Source: an uncultured Bacteroidaceae bacterium (GTDB lineage: Bacteria; Bacteroidota; Bacteroidia; Bacteroidales; SM23-62). Taken from it: DNA of 64,000 bases. Positions 56,259-64,000 of this stretch are shown piece by piece. The stretch covers positions 105,194 to 169,193 of the forward strand of contig CAVVYS010000006.1 of NCBI GenBank assembly GCA_963752525.1, written 5' to 3'. The notes beneath the pieces are model-generated. The model saw only the letters and a list, made by a program, of their open reading frames with translations. It had not been told where the DNA came from and made no database searches. A program made the translations under genes and the position numbers. The number at the start of each line of letters is the position of its first letter. The stretch's first letter is position 1.

Positions 56259-58883
56259 CTAAAATAGGATTTTGGGTTCATTCTTATGGTCAGGAATTAA
56301 TTCCATCTCATATTTCTCCACTTCCAGCAGACAGGAGTTCCAGCCACTGGTTCCCTGCCCGGTTGTTATCGCACCAGTCAATATATTGGCGCTACCAGCC
56401 GTGTCAGCACCAAGTTTCTCATCCATCTCGGACCATGCCCCGCTGCCCATGCAGGTCACTCCAGGACGAATCCTGCTGGTAATATGAGCTTTACGGATAA
56501 CTGTTCCATGCCGGCTTCTGGCGCGGATGGTATCACCATGCTTGATGCCACGTTCAATGGCATCCAAAGGATTTATGAAAAAGCCCTGAGGCCATGCTTC
56601 CCTGAGCCAGGTGACATTATCGAAAGTCGTACCTGCCCGGCGCAGGTAATGTACCGAATAGAACTGCAAGGGGTATGCTCCTTTGGTTTTGGTTTCCCAA
56701 TCTGCATAGCTGGCCTCATACCCTTCAACAGGGGTAATGTATTCGGCCGTTGGAGGGATGGTACTCCAACCACATCCGTCAACGAACTCTGCAAGTTCGC
56801 GGCAATGTATCTCCAGCTTCCCACTCCTTGTAGTAAGGGGATACTTCTCCGGATCTTTCCGGAAGTTCTCAAGCGGGATGTGCCGGAAGTTATCATTGGG
56901 AGACCGTGATACCTGAAAGACGCCCTTCTCTTGGAGCTCTAAAAATGAAATTCTACCTTTCTGAGGTTTTCCAACTGCCCCCAATTTTTTGATGTCTTCA
57001 TCAGTAATGGTTAACAGGGGTTCATACTCCTTTCCATTCTCCTTGATCACCATTGCTCCCTTAGCAGCGTTATATATTTGCTGAGATACAGTAAGCGGCT
57101 CGATGAGCGAAGTATCCAATCCCAAACGGGCACCTATTTCCCTGGCGATCCACATATCATCTCTGGACTCATACCAGGGTTCTACCGCCTTACTGCCCAT
57201 AAAGATTACTTCTCTGTTTCCCCCTGATTGAATGAGGCCATCCCGTTCCCACTGGGTTGTGACAGGTAGTACCAAATCAGAATATTTGGCTGTCGTATGT
57301 AAAAAATGTGCGTGGCAAACCATGAATTCGAGTCTGCGAACTGCATCAATCCCAACCTTTTGCCCTTCCCTTGACCCAAGCATATTGGTTTCACCTGCAT
57401 GGTACATCAAACGTATGTCAACCTTCTTGATCTTATCTTTCCCTGAGGTATACTCACCATTCAGAATGGCTTTCCAAAGCTGATTACCAGGAATACAAAT
57501 ACCAGACTCAGGCCGCCCATGAACATAATTTTCCGCGGCTCCCACAGGATTCGGAATTCCGGGTAGTCCGCTGCCTCCGGCATAAACCAGGGGCGGGCCA
57601 CCGTTTCCTGAACCAATATGGGTTGATGTTCCAGTCATCCGCCCCGACTCTCCTATATGACCTGTCATACAACCCAGTGTCATGAAGGCCTGAGGCCAGG
57701 AGTCGGCATTATTCACACGAGCCGGTGCCCAGCTGGCCAGCAAGGCTACCTTCTTTGTTTTTGCGATTTCTCGTGCAAGTGATTTAATCCTTTCCGCAGG
57801 TATCCCGGATATTTCAGAAGCCCATTGGGCATCTTTGGGTTGATGATCCTTTTTCCCCAATAAATAGTCTTTGAAATTCTCAGCTGGATCTACCCCTTCA
57901 GGCATATGTTCAGCATCAAAGCCTACCGTGCAACGGTGGAGAAAGTCCCAGTCAATAAGCGGATTGTTTTTCTGGTTATCTTCAACCAGCAGGGTATGCA
58001 TCATACCAAGTACCATGGCATGATCTGTTCCGGGGCGTACCGGGTACCAGTCGTCGCCCAAAAGACCAGCAGTGGAACTCAAAAAGGGATCAATAAAAAT
58101 AAATTTTGCGCCAGCTTTTTTTACCTGGAGAAAATGATAGGTTGGGCTGCCCGGACTGCTCCAGGCAGGATTTACACCCCACATCACAATAAGTTCACTG
58201 TTTCTGAGGTCCATCCGGTCTCCAATAGAAGTCCTGGTTTCAAACCCTAGAGGACCTGTTTTTTTGTAGAGGCCAATGCGTTTCCCTGTCCCCATCCATG
58301 AACCCAGAGAGTCAGTTACCCAGGTATCAACACAGCCTCCAAAAAGATTGATGGCTCTCTTCACCTCTCCACCCCTGCAGTAAATGGATTCATTTCCGAA
58401 TTGATTTTTAACACGGTTCAGCTCACTGACAATGGTATTCAATGCTTCATCCCAGCTTATACGCACCCATTCATCTTTACCCCTTAATGATTTATCTCCC
58501 CCACCAGGGGACCAATGCTTCCGTCGCATGGGATACTTGAGCCTGTCGGGGGCAAACACCTGCTTTCGCTGGGAGCGTCCCCGTACGCATGCCCGCTGTT
58601 GGGGATAATCAGGAGTATCCGCATGTGTATCATCTGTCTTAAGACGTAACACCTTGTCGTTCAACACCAAAGCTTTCAAAGCACAGCGCCCTCCACAATC
58701 ATGCCAGCAGACCACCGGCACCCATTTCCCTTTGGCCAACATTTCTGCCCTTTTTGCCAGGTCCACAGAAGGATTCAGTACAAACAATTCTCTTTCTGTC
58801 AAACACGGATGAAGCGCGATTCCGGCTGAAACAAGTCCGGCTTTTTTCAGAAAATCACGGCGAGCGTTTGATCTATTGTTCAT
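56259..58883 (-). CDS. DMSO-reductase-family molybdopterin oxidoreductase catalytic subunit (DmsA-like; substrate unknown)
   Basis: Tat RRDFLK; CWHDCGGRC...RACVRG FS0 cluster; PDRLKYPM, RISWDEAL, PVRPGTDHA and TAKYSDLVLP motifs. Confidence 0.92.
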   Translation of the reverse strand: MNNRSNARRDFLKKAGLVSAGIALHPCLTERELFVLNPSVDLAKRAEMLAKGKWVPVVCWHDCGGRCALKALVLNDKVLRLKTDDTHADTPDYPQQRACVRGRSQRKQVFAPDRLKYPMRRKHWSPGGGDKSLRGKDEWVRISWDEALNTIVSELNRVKNQFGNESIYCRGGEVKRAINLFGGCVDTWVTDSLGSWMGTGKRIGLYKKTGPLGFETRTSIGDRMDLRNSELIVMWGVNPAWSSPGSPTYHFLQVKKAGAKFIFIDPFLSSTAGLLGDDWYPVRPGTDHAMVLGMMHTLLVEDNQKNNPLIDWDFLHRCTVGFDAEHMPEGVDPAENFKDYLLGKKDHQPKDAQWASEISGIPAERIKSLAREIAKTKKVALLASWAPARVNNADSWPQAFMTLGCMTGHIGESGRMTGTSTHIGSGNGGPPLVYAGGSGLPGIPNPVGAAENYVHGRPESGICIPGNQLWKAILNGEYTSGKDKIKKVDIRLMYHAGETNMLGSREGQKVGIDAVRRLEFMVCHAHFLHTTAKYSDLVLPVTTQWERDGLIQSGGNREVIFMGSKAVEPWYESRDDMWIAREIGARLGLDTSLIEPLTVSQQIYNAAKGAMVIKENGKEYEPLLTITDEDIKKLGAVGKPQKGRISFLELQEKGVFQVSRSPNDNFRHIPLENFRKDPEKYPLTTRSGKLEIHCRELAEFVDGCGWSTIPPTAEYITPVEGYEASYADWETKTKGAYPLQFYSVHYLRRAGTTFDNVTWLREAWPQGFFINPLDAIERGIKHGDTIRARSRHGTVIRKAHITSRIRPGVTCMGSGAWSEMDEKLGADTAGSANILTGAITTGQGTSGWNSCLLEVEKYEMELIPDHKNEPKILF

Positions 58884-59043
58884 TACCTTTTATTGAAGGC
58901 GTTTATTAGTAATACAGTACTGGGTCAGCATTCACCAGGACCCACTAAATTTAGCAAATATTCTTTCTAAACCGTATTTCAATATTCCTGTTCCTCGGAT
59001 AACAATTTATAATGTTCAACGTTATTAAAAAACCAAATAATTA

Positions 59044-59778
59044 ATGAATGTGAAACTTAAAATCCAGAGGATGAAAACATTAAAAATGTTCGCGTTAACA
59101 GCCATACTCCTCATGGGTATTGGTTCCATCTCGTATGGTCAGGAAAAAGTCAATGGCCCTACTAAATTTTCTGCTGGAGTTCTGACCGGATATAACAGGG
59201 GATATGGGATACAGGCAAACCTGACACTCCATAATGCTACCAATGAGCTCCCGTTTGAGCTCCGGCTTGGCCTTGGTTACACCTTCCTAAACCCGGGTAA
59301 TGCAGGGGATGCCCGCCGTATATTCATTAATAATGCCACCAATGGAGAACCTGAAAAAAAAGGAAGATCCATTGATTACAGACTTGATTTCTTATTCTCT
59401 AAATCTATGTTCGGCTTACCTTATTCTTACATCTTTCTTGGTCCCAGGGGATCCTCTTTTAAAGGAAATTTTAAATACATAGGCGGGAACGAGGATTTTG
59501 ATGTCACCTCCCAGCAATGGGGAGTTGGTGGAGGAATTGAAAGTCATTTTAAAATGAAACAAAATCTGCATCTTGTAATCGCTCTCGGACTTGACTTTTA
59601 TTTGCCGAGTACATTGCATGGTCATGATACCTCCTATAGTCCGGATAATGACAATGTGAATTCAAGAAATGACAATGAGAACAATGATGAGCCTTTTACC
59701 TACAAGGATGCAGATAAAGCCATATACCAACCCAGATTTATGCCATTTGCAATGATTGGCCTGACCTTTGGCCTATAG
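59044..59778 (+). CDS. Hypothetical outer-membrane beta-barrel protein
   Basis: Signal peptide, amphipathic strands and C-terminal IGLTFGL; start may be 59071. Confidence 0.6.
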   Translation: MNVKLKIQRMKTLKMFALTAILLMGIGSISYGQEKVNGPTKFSAGVLTGYNRGYGIQANLTLHNATNELPFELRLGLGYTFLNPGNAGDARRIFINNATNGEPEKKGRSIDYRLDFLFSKSMFGLPYSYIFLGPRGSSFKGNFKYIGGNEDFDVTSQQWGVGGGIESHFKMKQNLHLVIALGLDFYLPSTLHGHDTSYSPDNDNVNSRNDNENNDEPFTYKDADKAIYQPRFMPFAMIGLTFGL

Positions 59779-59857
59779 AAAAATTCCGGTCCTGCTATTT
59801 TGCATTTATAAAAATCGTATCTTTTCGGTCAAGTCAAAACCACTTAATTTATAAACT

Positions 59858-60502
59858 ATGGCAAGTATATTAGATTTATTGAACAGCGACATCGGAAAGA
59901 CATTAATTAATGGCACAAGTCAGCAATTAGGACAGGATAAAGCCAAGACAACCACAGCTCTGAATGCCGCATTACCTCTACTTCTGGGAGCAATGAAAAA
60001 CAATGCAAAAACCCCTGAAGGCGCCACTGGGTTATTAAGTGCCTTGGGGAATGAAAAACATAATGGAGGCATCTTAGATAATTTAGGAAATATCTTGGGG
60101 GGCAATAGCATTGATGATGATGTGATGCAGGATGGCGCTGGCATCCTACGTCATGTGTTTAATGGAAAAGAACAAAATGTTGCCAGTGCAGTGAGCAAAT
60201 CAAGTGGTTTGGATGCAGGATCTGCTATGAATATCATAAAGGTAGCGGCTCCTGTACTGATGGGGCTCCTGGGAAAAGAATCACGTCAACAGAATGTCGG
60301 GGATCAAAATGGAATTGGGAATTTACTGAGCGGACTACTGGGAGGAGAAAGCCAGCAACAAGAAAGCCTGGTAACTCGTTTACTCGATGCTGACAACGAT
60401 GGCAGCGTCATTGATGATGTGGCCGGTATGCTATTAAACAGTGGCGGGGGCAAGAAAGGCGGCATGGGCGGCTTGCTTAGCGGTTTGCTTGGCAGGAAAT
60501 AA
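59858..60502 (+). CDS. DUF937 family protein
   Basis: ALPLLLGAMKNN, DGAGILRHVF, AAPVLMGLLGK and LDADNDGSVIDD motifs. Confidence 0.85.
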   Translation: MASILDLLNSDIGKTLINGTSQQLGQDKAKTTTALNAALPLLLGAMKNNAKTPEGATGLLSALGNEKHNGGILDNLGNILGGNSIDDDVMQDGAGILRHVFNGKEQNVASAVSKSSGLDAGSAMNIIKVAAPVLMGLLGKESRQQNVGDQNGIGNLLSGLLGGESQQQESLVTRLLDADNDGSVIDDVAGMLLNSGGGKKGGMGGLLSGLLGRK

Positions 60503-60735
60503 TTCACTGGTTGGAAAACAAGGAGTCAATTGACGTCTTAAAAGTATCAGAGGTATTTTAATCCCATAAAGGGTACCAGGTATCTTGATATCCTGTACAT
60601 ATTGACATACCGTTATTATGGATTTCTCACCTTTCGCATAAAGCGTCAGTATAACACCTGGTAACGCCATTCTCATTTTTTATTGATAATTGAGGATGAT
60701 CTTGGCTTGAGGAGAGAAAGAAACGAGGCACGACA

Positions 60736-62427
60736 ATGGATCATCCAGAGAATCACAACAAACAGATAAAACCCTATTTGTGCATATTATTCAGTGTACT
60801 TATTATCTCTTTTATCATTGAAGTTAAAGCTCAATCACAAATTGAGGATAATGAATCCGTTGTTAATATTTCAGAAAAAAGAGATACAATACTTTATAAT
60901 GGGATAGTCCTGCCTGACAGATGGCCGCCTGAGGAGAAAAGTGATCCCAGGATGCCACCTCCTTATATAACGTCTCCTCCCGATGTAATTCCCATTGATG
61001 TGGGTCGACAACTTTTCGTAGATGACTTTCTGATTGAAAGCACAGATATGGAATGAATATTCCACAAGGCTGAGAGTTATATCGGAAATCCAGTACTTAA
61101 GCCTGATAAAACCTGGGAAAAGGGGCTGGTCCCCTGGGCACATCCAGTAAGTGATGGGGTGTGGTATGATCCAGAAGATAAGCTATTCAAGATGTGGTAC
61201 ATGGCTGGTATGTATCCAAGGGAAACATGTTATGCCTATTCAAAAGATGGAAAACTCTGGTATAAGCCTTTACTTGATATTGTGGAAGGTACAAATATCG
61301 TTTTGGCCACAGATGGTGACCGCAGAGATTCCAACACAATCTGGCTGGATTTAAACGAAAAGAATCCTCAAAAACGCTATAAGATGTGGCAGGTTATGCA
61401 TTATGGCGAAGGGTTGACGAATTCAAAAATGCATCTATACTTTTCTGGAGATGGTATTCACTGGCAGAAAGCCGCTACAAGTCAAAAGCGTCTGAGGGGA
61501 GAACGAACAACAATTTTTTATAATCCATTTCGGAACGTATGGATATATAGTCTGAGGAATAATGGCGGGGGACGTCACAGGGATTACCAGGAAGATGTTA
61601 ATCCTGTTAGGGGAACCAGAAAAGTTGAGATGAACTCTACATCCTGGATATATGCAGATGATCTGGATATAATGCCTGGATTTAAATGTCAATTATACAA
61701 TTTAGATTGTATTGCCTATGAGAGTCTGATACTGGGGTTCTTTTCTATTTATCGCGGTGTTATAGAAGACCGAACCAGGCATACAGATGTTTGCTTAGGC
61801 TATACACGCGATGGATATAACTGGACCCGACCGGAACGTAAGCCATTCCATCCGATTTCTGACAATGAAGATGACTGGAACTTTGGATATATTCAGTCCT
61901 CCGGCGGCGGTTGTTTAGTTGTAGGAGACAAGCTTTATTTTTACCTGGGCGGTTCTTCAGATGATACGAATCCAGCAAATCCGGAAGGACCCGGATATAC
62001 AGGTCTGGTAACATTACGCAGAGATGGCTTTGCATCAATGAATGCTGGCGCACTGGAACGTACACTTACTACAAGGCCTGTGGTTTTCAAAGGAGGACAT
62101 TTATTTGTCAATACAGATGCTGAGGATGGAGAACTCAGGGTTGAAGTTCTCGATAACAAAAATAATGTCGTTGAGCATCTCGCCATGGAAAAATGCATCC
62201 CTGTTAAAACTGACGGTACGATCCAAAATGTTAGATGGAAAGATGCAAATGACCTTTTTTCATTATCTGGACAAGTTGTAAAGTTCCGGTTTTATCTTAA
62301 AAAAGGCAGTCTTTATTCATTTTGGATTAGTCCAGATAAATCAGGAGCTAGTTATGGCTATGTCGCAGCAGGCGGTCCGGGATTTAGCGGCTCAATGGAT
62401 AAGGAAGGAATAAATGCTTATAAATAG
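60736..62427 (+). CDS. GH32-like five-bladed beta-propeller glycosidase with an internal in-frame TGA at 61054-61056
   Basis: IDVGRQLFVDDFLIE..ME*IFHKA..GNPVLKPDK..SDGVWYDP continues in the same frame; TLRRDGFASM and SLYSFW motifs. Confidence 0.75.
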
Positions 62428-62514
62428 CACGAAACGTCCTCTCTGTATAAACGATTAAATCTTTCGATGTATGCATTTTGAGCCGGTTTTCCTGGAAATA
62501 TAGATTAACAAAAG

Positions 62515-62600
62515 TTACCTAGTTATTACCTTCTTAACATACGTATCATTAGAATGGATTCTGATAAAGTAAATGCCGCTCGGTAAATTGTTTTTGAATC
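62515..62600 (-). pseudogene. Orphan remnant of a T9SS type-A C-terminal sorting domain
   Basis: Manual translation NNLPSGIYFIRIHSNDTYVKKVITR*; the upstream frame is interrupted by stop codons. Confidence 0.5.
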
Positions 62601-62904
62601 AAAAACCCAAGCTTATAAATGATGCCCGCTAGCACCCTTCTTACTGTTTGTATCAGCAAAAAGAAGCTTTTCCCTGGTGTTTTCTCTAATCAGATAGGAA
62701 AAGGATGGGGTATATTTAACCATAAAAACGCAACTACTTAATTTATAAGATAATAGCGTTTATAATGTGAGGTCGGTCGTGGATTGTAACCTATTGCCTT
62801 CTTTAGGCATTCCATTACATCTTTTTATTTCATTGCGCAGACTATCTGACGTTTATCCAATAGGGCGAAGTGCACTGGGCTGTTGGAGGCTGTGGGCAGA
62901 GCTT

Positions 62905-63429
62905 TCATTGAAAGTGAATCTTATCAATCTCCAATTTGAATGCTTCTGGCTTTTTATTCCCGATAAGGATGCCAATTTCCTCAAGTTTTTGAGCGGGATA
63001 ATTTGGATCATTCAACCTTCTGCCGCGCCAGCTTGGGTACATCTCTGAGAGGGGGATTTCTATCCATTGCCAGGACCCAGAGGTGTCGAAATAATAAATA
63101 TAGGAATGTCTTTCAGTTCTGCTGGACTTGACCCTGAACTGATACCGAAGACCATCTCCCTTCAAGCGAATGGCAATGGTTTTGAAAGAGCCCATATCAA
63201 GCTTTTGAAACACATACCTCAAAGAAGCAAATCCACCATTGTTATCCAGGGATACATTGCCCGAAAAGACTGCATTGCCCTGTTCATTTATTTCAAAGCT
63301 ACTATTGGAACGACCACCCATCACCACATCATCCACCGTAAACCAGCTTTCGAGGGTGCTTTCACTATTGAAATCTACAAAAACAGTATTTGCATTCATG
63401 ACTAATCCTATAATTAATAGTAACATCAT
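62905..63429 (-). CDS. CIA30 family protein
   Basis: WFTVDDVVMGGRS, FSGNVSLDNNGGFAS and LKGDGLRYQFR motifs. Confidence 0.9.
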   Translation of the reverse strand: MMLLLIIGLVMNANTVFVDFNSESTLESWFTVDDVVMGGRSNSSFEINEQGNAVFSGNVSLDNNGGFASLRYVFQKLDMGSFKTIAIRLKGDGLRYQFRVKSSRTERHSYIYYFDTSGSWQWIEIPLSEMYPSWRGRRLNDPNYPAQKLEEIGILIGNKKPEAFKLEIDKIHFQ

Positions 63430-63819
63430 GAGTTTACATATAGGTTCTTATTCATCATATCCAATTTGGTAAAACTGTTTGCACCGGATTGTCTTTGAGT
63501 TAGTCAAGCCTGACGTAAAAGATAAACAACATTAACGACAATTGGTTCAAAAGTTTCCGGATGGCAGATTCTTGATGGAGGGAAAATATACCTCACAATC
63601 CTGCCAATAGTCCACCACCAAATGCCATTGATCCGTCCACGTTGATTGTTGTTTTGATGAGTTGAAAATTTTACCCTAAGAAGCACCTACTTACAATTTC
63701 ATTATATATAGGATGTTGGTTTGCCGGACCTGTCTAATCAAACAGCGGTCGATGTTAAATTCGTCTTAATAGTATTACTTTTAGGCCTGACAATTGGATT
63801 GTTGACTTCAGTCACGGTG

Positions 63820-64000
63820 ATGGGAAGATCTTTAAAAGCAAAAGAAAAAGCAGCAGGACAGCAAGCAGGATTATTCAGTGTGCTTGGCCCGTATAAAGGG
63901 ATTGTCATCGTATTGATAATCATGGCCCTGGCAGGAAGTGCAGTAAACCTGCTCATCCCCAAGATCATTGCCACGGGGAATCGATTCCTTCTCAGCCAAC
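63820..64000 (+). CDS. N-terminus of a probable ABC exporter (permease/ATPase), truncated by the window edge
   Basis: MGRSLK...LFSVLGPYKGIVIVLIIMALAGSAVNLLIPKII..GID resembles the first helices of an ABC_membrane domain; frameshift near 63975. Confidence 0.55.
   Translation, partial: MGRSLKAKEKAAGQQAGLFSVLGPYKGIVIVLIIMALAGSAVNLLIPKIIATGNRFLLSQ

Noticed and set aside
60434-60676. 80-aa minus-strand ORF between DUF937 and the GH32-like gene
   Set aside because: It has no recognisable motif and overlaps the DUF937 3' end, so it is unsupported.
1-64000. Alternative genetic code or stop-codon reassignment suggested by the internal TGA and TAG codons
   Set aside because: TAA, TAG and TGA all terminate intact genes here, and only isolated internal stops occur.

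Overview
This window looks like chromosomal DNA from a Bacteroidota (probably Bacteroidales-like) organism. The assignment is inferred from TonB-dependent receptors, many lipoproteins, AT-rich leaders without Shine-Dalgarno motifs, a TAnnTTTG promoter element and a type IX secretion C-terminal domain (T9SS CTD) remnant. About 40 genes or gene remnants are present: scattered CAZymes (PL8, GH127, GH5, GH28, GH2, GH32-like), cydAB, a two-gene DmsAB-like molybdoenzyme with no anchor subunit, MacB/FtsX permeases, an ABC-F ATPase, tandem TPR paralogs, a repeat-amplified beta-propeller histidine kinase and a MalT-like regulator with a striking 4-box palindromic site. The best candidate for an uncharacterised system is the tightly coupled operon DUF1566 lipoprotein - VTC (polyphosphate polymerase-like) - DUF4956 - DUF2490 barrel - CotH kinase lipoprotein - LytS/LytTR at 40.9-47.8 kb. 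Many genes between 3 and 35 kb are split by single-base indels, most likely long-read sequencing errors. I saw no rRNA, tRNA, CRISPR array, transposase, integrase or reverse transcriptase. All family calls come from motif recognition by eye, not from database searches.
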